64,000 bases of DNA from NCBI GenBank assembly GCA_050010135.1, contig JBEKLP010000003.1, positions 6,536 to 70,535 on the forward strand. The letters are read 5' to 3'. The position numbers and the translations under genes were made by a program. The notes under the pieces are model-generated. The model was not told where the DNA came from and searched no databases. It saw nothing but the letters and a program-made list of their open reading frames with translations. Positions 52,802 through 63,998 of this stretch are shown here, one piece after another. This DNA comes from Anaerolineales bacterium. GTDB lineage: Bacteria > Chloroflexota > Anaerolineae > Anaerolineales > RBG-16-64-43. Every line of letters begins with the position of its first letter. Position 1 is the first letter of the stretch.

Positions 52802-53026
52802 ATGATTGCTCCCGATCTTCTGGAAATATTACGCTGCCCCGTCTGCGTCCAAGGTAAAGAAGGCCTGCTGAAACTGGAGAAGGATTCCTGGCTGGTATGT
52901 CAGGAGCCCGATTGCGGGCGCAAATACCCCATCCGGGACGAAATCCCGGTCATGCTGGTCGAAGAGGGCGACAAATGGGTGGGCACCCGCGTCGAGGATT
53001 TGCCCATCCCTCCTCCCGCTTCCTAA
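52802..53026 (+). CDS. Trm112/UPF0434 family zinc-ribbon-like protein
   Basis: [10 protein letters not shown]...L....[18 protein letters not shown]. Confidence 0.8.
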   Translation: MIAPDLLEILRCPVCVQGKEGLLKLEKDSWLVCQEPDCGRKYPIRDEIPVMLVEEGDKWVGTRVEDLPIPPPAS

Positions 53027-53044
53027 CGCGCCTCCCCAATCCTC

Positions 53045-54082
53045 ATGGCCTCCTACTCGCGGCGGACGTTTCTAAAGTTGGCGGGTGCCTCGCTGACCGG
53101 CGTGGCTTGCGCTTCACTCCCGCCGGCAGATCAACCCCCGGTCTACGGACTGGCCCGCAGCACGGCTTACGACACCGTGGTGCATGCCGAGCCGGATCTG
53201 GACGCGCCGGTCCTGCGGAAGTTGCGCCGCGATGAGATCGTCACCGTGCTGGAACAAATCACGGGCGATCACGGTCCGCAGGGAAATCCGCGCTGGTTCC
53301 GTTTGTTGGATGGCTTCGCCCACAGCGGATACCTCCAGGAAGTCCGTTACGATTTCAACCCGGTCGTCTATGACATCCCCTCCGGTGGAAAACTGGCGGA
53401 GGTGACCGTCCCGTATACTCAATCCCGGGATAAACCTTCGGCCGAGGCACCGCCGCTGTATCGCTTGTATTATCAGGCGGTTTTCTGGGTGGTGGAAACG
53501 GTAATGGATGAGACCGGGCATGCATGGTACGGTTTGCAGGATGACCGGCTGGCCCACAAGTATTATGTTTCTGCCGACCACTTGCGGCTTTTTGCGGAGC
53601 AGGAACTGGCCCCCGTCTCGACGGACGTTCCGGCCGAAGCGAAGCGCATCGAAGTGGATTTGACCAAACAATCGCTCACGGCTTTCGAAAACGACCAAGC
53701 GGTGTTTACTGCGACGATTTCCAGCGGATGGCTGCGCAAAGATCCCAAGCCCGGGGAAGGCCGGACCTTAACGCCCATCGGACATTACAGCGTGTTTGAA
53801 AAAACCCCCAGCCGGCATATGGGCGACGGCCGCTTAACGTCCGAGCTGGATGCGAACGAATTGCCGGGCGTCCCCTTTGTGTCTTTTTTCCACATGCAGG
53901 GAACCGCTTTCCACGGGGTCTACTGGCACAATAATTTCGGCGTTCCCTGCAGCGAAGGCTGCATCAATATGCGGCCGAACGAGGCGCGCTGGTTGTACCG
54001 CTGGATCTATCCCACGGTCGCTTATGTTCCCGACCCACCGCAGTTCATCGGTAAGGGGACAAAGGTCTATCTTCACGATTGA
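53045..54082 (+). CDS. Tat-exported L,D-transpeptidase (YkuD domain) with variant SEGC active-site motif
   Basis: Twin-arginine signal YSRRTFLKLAGA. C-terminal FHGVYWHNNFGVPCSEGCINM. Confidence 0.85.
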   Translation: MASYSRRTFLKLAGASLTGVACASLPPADQPPVYGLARSTAYDTVVHAEPDLDAPVLRKLRRDEIVTVLEQITGDHGPQGNPRWFRLLDGFAHSGYLQEVRYDFNPVVYDIPSGGKLAEVTVPYTQSRDKPSAEAPPLYRLYYQAVFWVVETVMDETGHAWYGLQDDRLAHKYYVSADHLRLFAEQELAPVSTDVPAEAKRIEVDLTKQSLTAFENDQAVFTATISSGWLRKDPKPGEGRTLTPIGHYSVFEKTPSRHMGDGRLTSELDANELPGVPFVSFFHMQGTAFHGVYWHNNFGVPCSEGCINMRPNEARWLYRWIYPTVAYVPDPPQFIGKGTKVYLHD

Positions 54083-54286
54083 TCTGCATTCCGTTCCAAA
54101 ACTGGTCTACCGTTCCGCGGACGCCCGCAGCGGGAATCCCATCTTGAAATCAAAAATGGCGCGGGTCGGAAAGTCCCTCCGGGAAATCCGAATGCTACCG
54201 CAACGGAAATAATGGCCTTCCGGCGCGGCGATGGTTGGCAGTAATATTAAAGAGTAGAATGCATTCCGGATAATGGTGACAGGCGT

Positions 54287-54667
54287 ATGACACACACAGC
54301 GTTGGTTGTGGATGACAATCGGGAAACGGCGGACGGCATTGTTAAAATGCTCTCGCTGCTGGATTTCCAGGCTCGGCCGGTTTACAGCCCGCGGCTCGCC
54401 ATCGAAACGATGACCCACGGACTTCCCCAATTGCTTGTCTTGGATGTTCACATGCAGGGTGTGGATGGCGGGGAGGTGATCCGCTTCATCCGCAGGGATC
54501 CTCTCCTGGCGAACGTGCCGATCCTGGCCGTGTCTTCGGACACCCAGGATGCGATCGTTACGGGAATTATGAAGGCGGGAGCGGACGCCTTTCTCGCTAA
54601 ACCCGTGGAGTTTGATGATCTGGAAAAGACGGTTGCGGACATACTGACCCGCCGACCTTCGAATTAA
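54287..54667 (+). CDS. single-domain response regulator (CheY-like receiver)
   Basis: ALVVDDN...LLVLDVHMQGVDG...PILAVSS...KP. Confidence 0.85.
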   Translation: MTHTALVVDDNRETADGIVKMLSLLDFQARPVYSPRLAIETMTHGLPQLLVLDVHMQGVDGGEVIRFIRRDPLLANVPILAVSSDTQDAIVTGIMKAGADAFLAKPVEFDDLEKTVADILTRRPSN

Positions 54668-54708
54668 GCCTTCGAACCCCCCAAAACGCGCATCCTCGTG
54701 GAAAACCC

Positions 54709-54737
54709 TTGACATTCGATAGCCAGTTGTGTATATT
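54709..54737 (+). promoter_or_regulatory. sigma-70-type promoter of groESL (TTGACA-17-TATATT)
   Basis: Hexamers at 54709-54714 and 54732-54737. Confidence 0.6.
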
Positions 54738-54744
54738 ATGCCTG

Positions 54745-54771
54745 CTAGCACTCATGACCTATGAGTGCTAA
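54745..54771 (+). promoter_or_regulatory. CIRCE operator (CTAGCACTC-N9-GAGTGCTAA)
   Basis: 9-bp inverted repeat with a 9-nt spacer, 8 nt downstream of the -10 box. One deviation from consensus, at the first base. Confidence 0.9.
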
Positions 54772-54812
54772 CTCTTCAAAACACCAACAATTCCATAAAG
54801 GAGGTTAGCAAG

Positions 54813-55109
54813 ATGGCCATTTCATTTAAACCGCTTGGCGATCGGACCGTCATCGAGCCGATGGAGCAGGAAGAAACCACTCCCGCGGGCATTGTTATTC
54901 CGGATACGGCCAAGGAAAAACCCCAGAAGGGGAAGATTCTCTCCGTCGGACCGGGAGCGCGCGACGAGACCGGCAAGCGCATTCCGATGGATGTAAAGGT
55001 CGGAGATACTGTCCTGTACGCAAAATATGCCGGCACCGAAGTCAAGGTAGACGGCAAGAAGCTGCTGATTATCAAGGAATCCGATATCCTTGCCACGGTC
55101 GAAGGCTAG
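54813..55109 (+). CDS. groES: co-chaperonin GroES
   Basis: KPLGDR..IE.....E.T..GI.IPD.AKEKP..G.....G.G. AAGGAGG RBS. ATG 54813 preferred over the track start. Confidence 0.95.
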   Translation: MAISFKPLGDRTVIEPMEQEETTPAGIVIPDTAKEKPQKGKILSVGPGARDETGKRIPMDVKVGDTVLYAKYAGTEVKVDGKKLLIIKESDILATVEG

Positions 55110-55149
55110 GCGAGTTCGGCCAGCGGCCGATCTTACTTCAGGAGGATGA

Positions 55150-56796
<1,647 letters not shown>

Positions 56797-56823
56797 TCCT
56801 AGCCGGATACGTTGCAGTAAAAA

Positions 56824-56856
56824 AATTCCCCGCGGATTTCCGCGGGGAATTTTTTT
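56824..56856. terminator. bidirectional rho-independent terminator (groEL and the LysM gene converge)
   Basis: 12-bp perfect stem AATTCCCCGCGG / CCGCGGGGAATT with an ATTT loop. A7 upstream and T7 downstream. Confidence 0.85.
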
Positions 56857-56875
56857 ATCTTTGCCAGTCTGCCGC

Positions 56876-57616
56876 CTATGGCGTCGACGTGCGCATGGGG
56901 GTGAGGGAGATAGTGGGGGTAAATGTCGGTGTCGGGCCGAACGTCGGAGACGAGGCGCTGGTCGGCACCCGTGTAGCGATCCCGTAACGGCAATGCAAAA
57001 CCAGCCCCACGGTCAGGAAGTTGGGATCCGTGATCTTATTTCGTTTGACGAGGTCATCCACCGTCGACAAGCATCTTGCGGCGATCGCCTCAAGGTTATC
57101 CCCCGCCTGAACCGTTATGGGGATGATTGACCCGGTCGCCAGCCCGGTGGGGAAAACGGTCGGAGTAAACCCGGTTCCCGAAGGCGGGAGCAGGATCTTC
57201 TGGCCGACTTGAATATTATTCGGGTCGAGCGTCGGATTCAGTGCTGTGATTGCCTCCACCGAGATGCCGCATTTTTGGGCAATCGCGCTGAGCAGGTCGC
57301 CGGATAGGACGGTGTATTCCGCCGGGCAAGCCGGCGTGGGGGTTACCGAAGGTGTTTCAGCGGTCGGCGCAAGGGTGATGGACGGAGTAAACGTAAACGT
57401 GGCGTTGGGAGTGTCCGTCGACAATGGCGTGGGGGATGATAGAAACGAGAGCGGCAAAGCCTTGTTGCCCCAGATCCCTACGATCAGGAGCAGCACGCCG
57501 ATCATCACTGCCACACCGGTCAACATCCCGATGAAAAAGTTACCCAACCCTTCCTTGCGGCGCGGGTAGAATCCTGAGACATCTCCAAAATCCTCTTTGT
57601 TCGAAAGATCAGACAT
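56876..57616 (-). CDS. membrane-anchored protein with two LysM domains
   Basis: YTVLSGDLLSAIAQKCGISVEAITALN and ITVQAGDNLEAIAARCLSTVDDLVKRN. TM helix. T/P-rich linkers. Start taken at MSDLSN (57616). Confidence 0.8.
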   Translation of the reverse strand: MSDLSNKEDFGDVSGFYPRRKEGLGNFFIGMLTGVAVMIGVLLLIVGIWGNKALPLSFLSSPTPLSTDTPNATFTFTPSITLAPTAETPSVTPTPACPAEYTVLSGDLLSAIAQKCGISVEAITALNPTLDPNNIQVGQKILLPPSGTGFTPTVFPTGLATGSIIPITVQAGDNLEAIAARCLSTVDDLVKRNKITDPNFLTVGLVLHCRYGIATRVPTSASSPTFGPTPTFTPTISLTPMRTSTP

Positions 57617-57770
57617 TTTCTCCTTCCCCCGGTTGCCCTCCAAAGGTTGATTTGATCCTTCTCTTCATTTGTATGCCTTCAGAGAACCGGACGAATTCAT
57701 TCTACCGAATTGATCGTGAATGCGCCACAAGCTTAAAAAAAGCGACCTAATCTGATCTATCATACCATTA

Positions 57771-58805
57771 TTATCCGTGAATTTGCCTCATTGCCCAGCC
57801 GGCAAAATCTCTCAAAATAGGGTTCTGATTTGATTGAAAAGGAAGCAAAAAGGGGATAGCTTCCTCCCGGTGGGTATTGCCCAGGACAATGATTAGATTG
57901 CGCAGATACCCTTCACGTCCCGTCCGGCGGAGTGGGCTTTTAAAAAAACGAGTTTGCCATTCCTCCTCGGAAAGAATGGTTTCCTGTGCCGCATTCCGGA
58001 TGGGAAAATGAGGTCTTGAGCGAAAAGGAGATTCCGTTTCCAGGGGGTTCTTCCGGTTCCAGGGACAGACAATCTGGCAAATGTCGCAACCAAAAACCCA
58101 CCGGCCGATCCGGATGCGAACGTCGTCCGGGATGGACCCGCGATGCTCGATCGTCCAATAGGAGATGCACCTGCCGGAGTCGATCGTCCGGTCGGGAAGG
58201 ATGCAGCCGGTCGGGCAGGCTTTCAGGCAGCGATCGCAAGTCCCGCAGCGGTCGAAGGCGAAGGGCGGATCCGGAGCCAGCTCCAATTCGGTGAGGATAA
58301 CCGCCAGGAAAAAGAAAGAACCTATCGCGGGATGGATGAGCATGGAATTTCTACCGATCCATCCCAATCCGGCGCGCGAGGCGATCTCCCGTTCGAGGAT
58401 CGGGCCGGTATCAACGTATGCCCGATGCTGCAGCCGACCTCCGGAAAGCGAATCGAGATCCCGACAAAGCAACCGCAGCCGGTCCGGGATGATCTCGTGG
58501 TAATCCACACCCTGGGCGTAGGCGGCGACGCGCCCCTCCAACGGCAGGTTTTCAAAATCCGGAGGCGGCGGATACGGCATCGCCAGCGCGATAATCGACC
58601 GGGCTGAGGGAAGCAACCGGGCCGGGATGGCCCGCATCGACAGGCTGCGTTCCGCCGCCAGATAATCCATCCCGGCTTGACGGCCGGCGGCGATCCAATT
58701 CGCAAAGACGGGGTAATGGTCCGGCGGTTCGGCCGTGGTATATCCGCAATGGACGAAGCCCAGTTCGCGGGCGCGCTTTCGCAGGGACTCCTTTAAAAGC
58801 TCCAT
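57771..58805 (-). CDS. queG: tRNA epoxyqueuosine(34) reductase QueG
   Basis: AGLGWIGRNSMLI, CGTCDRCLKACPTG, FGCDICQIVCPWN. C-terminal HEAT-like repeat. Confidence 0.9.
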   Translation of the reverse strand: MELLKESLRKRARELGFVHCGYTTAEPPDHYPVFANWIAAGRQAGMDYLAAERSLSMRAIPARLLPSARSIIALAMPYPPPPDFENLPLEGRVAAYAQGVDYHEIIPDRLRLLCRDLDSLSGGRLQHRAYVDTGPILEREIASRAGLGWIGRNSMLIHPAIGSFFFLAVILTELELAPDPPFAFDRCGTCDRCLKACPTGCILPDRTIDSGRCISYWTIEHRGSIPDDVRIRIGRWVFGCDICQIVCPWNRKNPLETESPFRSRPHFPIRNAAQETILSEEEWQTRFFKSPLRRTGREGYLRNLIIVLGNTHREEAIPFLLPFQSNQNPILRDFAGWAMRQIHG

Positions 58806-58818
58806 CGGGCGCGGGTAC

Positions 58819-60510
58819 CTACCAGTCGCTTTTGGAAAAAACGGTGGTGAGGAAATCGGACCGTTCCTTGGCGGTCATTAATCGCGGGCGGGCGAAATCG
58901 ACGAAGGTTGTCATGATCAAATCGACTCCGAGATAACGTCCGTCATAGAAAACGTGCCGGTCGATGAACGCATCCCGGCTTCCTTCTTCCAAATCATACT
59001 GGTCGAAGAAGAGGTTTCCCAAACCGTAATGAATGAACGACCGACCGGCGAAAGCGAAGGTTTGCGGAAAATGGGCCTGGCTCCCCGAGACGATGAGGGC
59101 TCCGGCGTCGGCCATGGCGAGAAAATCGCGGGCTTGCTCCGTGGTCGGTGGATAACGGGAGTATTCATAATATTGAAAGGTCATGACGGGCAGATAGCCG
59201 TCGGCGGTTAATTCCGCCAGTTCGGTTTTCAAGTAGTCGAAATCGCAGGGCGCCGCACCGGGCGAGGAATCGGTCGCCCATTCTCCGTTGATCCCAGGTT
59301 CGTTGCAGCCGATGAAGGCCAGGCGGTTGCCGTTGCGCTCCAGGAGGACGGGTTTCCGGGCTTCCTCCAGATTCTTCCCGCCGCCGTAGAACGACCAGCC
59401 GCGCTGGGTGTACAAGTCCATCGTATAGAGCAGCGCATCCGAACCCCAGTCCCGGATGTGATTTCCGGTCAACTCGATGATATCCACCCCGATATAATCC
59501 AGCAGATCGATGTAGCGCGGATCGGAACAGAACGGGTAGACCCCCGGCGCGGGATTCGGCGGAGGACAATCCTTCGCGAAGGGGATTTCGTTGCTTACAT
59601 GGGTCAGGTCGGCCGATCGAAGCAACTCGCCGATGTCCTGGGCCGGGTAGAGCACGCCCTTTTTTTCCATGGTGGAGGCGGTGGCGCGAACCAGTGCTGT
59701 CGTTCCGGTGAGAATCACGGTGGTGAATTTGGAGGGATCGCGGTTGGTTGCCGGGAAAGTGGAATTCGCAGCGGCCTGATCGATCAAGTCCGAATCCCCG
59801 TAGAGAGAAATCGGAACCGCCAGGGGATAAGCGGCCGGATCGAACGTGTTCTGCATCGGCGATTGTCCGTCTACTTCCAGCACTTTCCAGCGTGGCTCCA
59901 CCGATTCCCACGGCACGATCGCCCAAGCGGGGCGGTTGGCCCACGCCGAGTTCAACAATTGATCGCCGGGAACCAACTGGGATGCGCCGGGAGCCGGATA
60001 TCCCCACAGCGCGGAGAAAACATCCCGTGTATTCGGATCCAGAAGCAACGGCCGCCCGGCGAACGGGCCGCTCCTTTGCCCGGACCATGCCTGTTGAAGT
60101 TCCTGCAGGGTAACCCCGTCGGCGACAGTTGGAAACGGAGCCACCAGGGCATACATCCATTTGGAAACCTGCCGATCATTGCCGATGTGGAGTTGGACCG
60201 CCCCATCCTCCGGTTTGGAGGTGATTTCCCAACCTTGCGGAGGGGTGAAGGCCGAAAGAAAAGAAGCCGGCAAGATGGGGGAGATCCAGATCGAAGAGGG
60301 AGTGGGAGTCTGTGTCGCTCCGGGCGGGTGAGTCTCCTTGGATTGATTCGCCGACGGCTGGAACGGCGTACTGGTTTCCGCCGGGGTTTGATCCGGGATG
60401 GAATTTCCCACGAGAGAAGAGGATGAGCCGCCGCGCAGCGTTCCGGTACATGCGGAAAAAAGTATCCCCAAAAGCAAAGAAGTACAAATTCCGTGTGAAA
60501 TTTTCCGCAT
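58819..60510 (-). CDS. CapA-family (PGA_cap metallophosphatase-like) lipoprotein
   Basis: Lipobox ILFSACTG. DLTHVSNE, ELTGNH..D.G, ...GGG.NLEEA..P......NG.RLAFIG pattern. Confidence 0.7.
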   Translation of the reverse strand: MRKISHGICTSLLLGILFSACTGTLRGGSSSSLVGNSIPDQTPAETSTPFQPSANQSKETHPPGATQTPTPSSIWISPILPASFLSAFTPPQGWEITSKPEDGAVQLHIGNDRQVSKWMYALVAPFPTVADGVTLQELQQAWSGQRSGPFAGRPLLLDPNTRDVFSALWGYPAPGASQLVPGDQLLNSAWANRPAWAIVPWESVEPRWKVLEVDGQSPMQNTFDPAAYPLAVPISLYGDSDLIDQAAANSTFPATNRDPSKFTTVILTGTTALVRATASTMEKKGVLYPAQDIGELLRSADLTHVSNEIPFAKDCPPPNPAPGVYPFCSDPRYIDLLDYIGVDIIELTGNHIRDWGSDALLYTMDLYTQRGWSFYGGGKNLEEARKPVLLERNGNRLAFIGCNEPGINGEWATDSSPGAAPCDFDYLKTELAELTADGYLPVMTFQYYEYSRYPPTTEQARDFLAMADAGALIVSGSQAHFPQTFAFAGRSFIHYGLGNLFFDQYDLEEGSRDAFIDRHVFYDGRYLGVDLIMTTFVDFARPRLMTAKERSDFLTTVFSKSDW

Positions 60511-60541
60511 CGTAGGAATGAGGCGGTAAAGCCCTAAGGGA

Positions 60542-63301
60542 TTATTCCTTAACCGCCTGCATCTCCTCCCAATTTTCCCCCTGCTTGGCGTCCGCCGTTA
60601 ACGGAATACTGAGGGAGAGAACGTTTTCCATCACCTGGCGCACGAGCCGCGCGGCGGGAATGATCTCCGCGTCCGGACATTCGAACACCAGTTCATCGTG
60701 CACCTGCAGGATCATCCGCGTGCGCATACCGGCTCGGACCAGTTCGCCCGGCAAACGGATCATCGCGATTTTCATGATATCGGCAGCCGATCCTTGGATG
60801 GGTGCGTTGATCGCCTCGCGCTCGGCCCGATTGCGGGTGTTTTGATCCAGCCGCGAACCGGCGGCGAGTTCCGGAAAATATCTCCGCCGGCCGAGCATAG
60901 TCTCCACATAGCCACATTCCCCCGCCGTCTTTTTAAAGGAAGCGACCAAATCGCGGATTTTGGCAAAGCGTTCGAAATATTTACGGATGAACTCCTCGGC
61001 CTCCGAGAGGGTCAGATCGGTCGAACGTGTCAGACCGTATGCCGTCTGGCCATAAAGCAGGCCGAAGTTTATTGCTTTTGCATGGCGGCGCATGGCGGAT
61101 GTTACTTCGTCCCGTGGCACATCGTAGATAGCCGCGGCCGTGACGGCGTGGATATCCTCCCCGTGGCGGAAGGCATCGATCATCCCCGGATCGCTCGCCA
61201 TGTGCGCCGCCAGCCGCAGTTCGATCTGGGAATAATCGATCGAGAGCAGGCGGTGGCCGGGCGAACCCACGAACGCGCGGCGGATCCGCCGGCCTTCCTC
61301 GGTGCGGGTGGGGATGTTCTGAAGATTCGGATCGGAAGAGGATAATCGGCCGGTGACCGTGCCGGTCTGATTGTAGGACGTGTGCACTCTGCCGGTTGCC
61401 GGATTGACCTCGTCCCGCAGCGCCTCCACATAGGTGGAGAGCAGCTTGGACAATTCGCGATGGCGCAGGATCTGCTCAACCACCGGATGCGCTCCGGCCA
61501 GGCTCTCAAGCACGTCGGCGGCGGTGGAATATTTTCCGGACGCCGTCTTGCGGGATTTGTCCGGCGGCTGCAGCCCCAACTGGCCGAACAATACATCTGC
61601 CAGTTGCTGGGTGGATTGCAGATTGAACGGACGGCCGACCATCTCGTGCACCCGGACCTCGATCCGGTGCAATTCCGATTGCCAATCCTGTCCCAGCCCG
61701 TCCAAATAGGGAAGGTCCAGCCGGACTCCCTCGCGTTCCATGGCGGCCAGAACCGGGATCAGCGGCATTTCCATTTCGGCAAACAGTTTCGTTTGACTGC
61801 GGGATTCCAAATCCTTTCGAAGGGGAGCCACCAACCGCAGGGAAATATCCGCGTCGGCGGCGGCATAGGGGGCCGCCTGAGAGGCCGGAACGCAGTCCAT
61901 GGTGATTTGCTTTGTGCCCTTGCCGATCAGCGCTTCGATCGGTGTCATCTCCGCTCCAAGGCGGAGGAACCCGAGATCCTTCAAGCCGAGACTGTGCGAC
62001 GCGGGGTTGCACAGCCATTCGGCCACCATGGTATCGAAGGCGGGCGCGGAAATAGGCAGTCCGGCGCGCTCCAATACGGTCAGGTCATATTTAATATTGT
62101 GGCCGGTTTTCGGAACGTGGCTGTCGGAGAGCAGCCCGCCCAGCCGTTCTTTGACCGCGCCCAGTTGCATGTTCGGCCCGCCTTCATGACGGATCGGAAT
62201 GTAGTGGCCCTCGCCCTCCGCCACCGCCAGCGACAAGCCTACCAGTTCGGCCCGCATCGGATCGGTCGAGGTGGTCTCGGTGTCGAGCGCGAGGATCGGC
62301 GCGCGGGAAATGCTTTCGGCCAGGGCGGCAAGTTCCGCATCGCTCTGCACCAGGTGCCAGCGGGTGACCTCGGCCCGGGCTTTCGGCTCGGCGAACATTC
62401 CCATCTGCACTGCGGAGGCGGCTCTCCCGGGCAACCGGGAGAGCAGGGTGCGAAATTCCAATACCTGGAACAACGCGGCCACTTCTTCGCGCGAATATCG
62501 CCCCACCCGGCATTGGGCGAGATCCGCGCGCAACGGGACGTCGGTGCGGATGGTGGCCAACGTGCGCGATAGGATTGCGTTTTCCCGCCCGGCTTCCAGC
62601 TTGGCGCGGTAGCGCGGCGGCACGTCTCCCAGCCGGTGGTAGATTTCATCCAGCGTACCGTACGTTCGCAAAAGTTCGGTGGCGGTCTTTTCGCCGATGC
62701 CGTTCACGCCGGGGATGTTGTCGGACTTGTCGCCCACCAACGCTTTGTAATCGATCAGTTTCTCCGGTGAAAATCCCCATTGCTCCTCGAACTTGGCCGG
62801 ATCGTAATCGATGGATTCGGAAAGGGAGCGGCCCGGCAGCCGGACGGTGATCCGTTTACTGACCAGCTGCAATAGATCCCGGTCGCCGCTGAGGATGAGC
62901 GTGTCGGTTCCGGATTCCGACATTTGGCGGGCGATTGTGCCGAGCACGTCGTCGGCTTCGAATCCCTCGGCCTCGAAAATGGGGATGCGGAACACGCGCA
63001 CAACCTCGCGGATGCGGTCGATTTGCGGCCGCAGGTCCTCGGGCATCTTGGCGCGCGTGGCTTTGTAGGCGGGATAGAGATCGTCGCGGAATGTTTTACC
63101 GGTATCGAAGGTGACGGCCAGATATTCGGGTTTTTCTTTTTCCAGAAGCGAGAGCAGGATGGAGGTGAAGCCGAACGTGCCGGCGGTGGGTTCGTCGCGG
63201 GAGGTGGTCCAGCGGGTGGTTTGCGTTCCCGCGGACGTCAGCGCGAAATAGGCGCGATATGCCAGCGCGTGTCCGTCCAGCAGGATGATTTTAGGAGCCA
63301 T
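60542..63301 (-). CDS. polA: DNA polymerase I
   Basis: 5'-nuclease LLDGHALAYRAYFA, 3'-5' exo ALDTETTS, pol motifs DYSQIELR, RR.AK..NFG..YG and QVHDE. Confidence 0.97.
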   Translation of the reverse strand: MAPKIILLDGHALAYRAYFALTSAGTQTTRWTTSRDEPTAGTFGFTSILLSLLEKEKPEYLAVTFDTGKTFRDDLYPAYKATRAKMPEDLRPQIDRIREVVRVFRIPIFEAEGFEADDVLGTIARQMSESGTDTLILSGDRDLLQLVSKRITVRLPGRSLSESIDYDPAKFEEQWGFSPEKLIDYKALVGDKSDNIPGVNGIGEKTATELLRTYGTLDEIYHRLGDVPPRYRAKLEAGRENAILSRTLATIRTDVPLRADLAQCRVGRYSREEVAALFQVLEFRTLLSRLPGRAASAVQMGMFAEPKARAEVTRWHLVQSDAELAALAESISRAPILALDTETTSTDPMRAELVGLSLAVAEGEGHYIPIRHEGGPNMQLGAVKERLGGLLSDSHVPKTGHNIKYDLTVLERAGLPISAPAFDTMVAEWLCNPASHSLGLKDLGFLRLGAEMTPIEALIGKGTKQITMDCVPASQAAPYAAADADISLRLVAPLRKDLESRSQTKLFAEMEMPLIPVLAAMEREGVRLDLPYLDGLGQDWQSELHRIEVRVHEMVGRPFNLQSTQQLADVLFGQLGLQPPDKSRKTASGKYSTAADVLESLAGAHPVVEQILRHRELSKLLSTYVEALRDEVNPATGRVHTSYNQTGTVTGRLSSSDPNLQNIPTRTEEGRRIRRAFVGSPGHRLLSIDYSQIELRLAAHMASDPGMIDAFRHGEDIHAVTAAAIYDVPRDEVTSAMRRHAKAINFGLLYGQTAYGLTRSTDLTLSEAEEFIRKYFERFAKIRDLVASFKKTAGECGYVETMLGRRRYFPELAAGSRLDQNTRNRAEREAINAPIQGSAADIMKIAMIRLPGELVRAGMRTRMILQVHDELVFECPDAEIIPAARLVRQVMENVLSLSIPLTADAKQGENWEEMQAVKE

Positions 63302-63998
63302 GACGGTCGGACGGTCCGGCGGAAGAGTCCGTCGGTTTGGATGGGGGAAGATCGCCGGTGCGGCGTTTTCGGCCGTGAATTTCGCCGGTCCTGTGTCGGG
63401 GTGTCAGTAATTCGCCCGTTTTATGCCTGAGCGCGGCGAGTTCGTCGGTGATCCTGCGAACGGTTCCGGTTGCCGGCGGGAGGTCGAGTGCTTTTTCGAA
63501 TGCCTTGGCCCTGCGGCGGGCGACGGAAAGCGAGGTCTTCCGGTCGAACAGCAGGGTCAAGTCGTAATTCAACGCGAGGGAAATCGAATAGAGGAAGACC
63601 TCCTCGTTCTCCGGCGGAAGCCGGACGTATTGAGCGATCGCGCCGCCGGGAGTTTCGGCCCACATCTGGGAAACGCGCCGCGCGACGAGGGATAGTTTTT
63701 CGCGGGACAGCGATCCGGCGCCGGCATGCAGTTCCCCGCCGTGGGTGATCAGGCAGGCCAGGGCGGAATTCTCGGCCGACAACCACTCCAGCCAGGCGCC
63801 GGCCTTGCCGGCGTTTTCCAACCAGGGGACGGATCGGGTGGATTTTTTGGGCGGGGGCGGTTTAATCGTAGCTTCCTCGGCGGTCTCGGGCTCGCCCGGG
63901 AAGACTTCAGCCAGCGATGGGACGTCGGCCCCTAACAGGGCGGCGATTTGCGGGACCAGGTCCGGCAGATAGAATGGTTTGGTGATTGCTCCCTGCAT
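63291..63998 (-). CDS. partial CDS (5' end outside window): C-terminal edge of a receiver domain plus a Roadblock/LC7-like region plus a basic repeat tail
   Basis: ORF is open to the window edge. GAITKPFYLPDL resembles the receiver alpha4-beta5 KPF motif. ACLITHGGELHAGAG...VFLYSISL....LTLLFD resembles Roadblock/LC7. Overlaps the polA start by 11 nt. Confidence 0.5.
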   Translation of the reverse strand: MQGAITKPFYLPDLVPQIAALLGADVPSLAEVFPGEPETAEEATIKPPPPKKSTRSVPWLENAGKAGAWLEWLSAENSALACLITHGGELHAGAGSLSREKLSLVARRVSQMWAETPGGAIAQYVRLPPENEEVFLYSISLALNYDLTLLFDRKTSLSVARRRAKAFEKALDLPPATGTVRRITDELAALRHKTGELLTPRHRTGEIHGRKRRTGDLPPSKPTDSSAGPSDRHGS

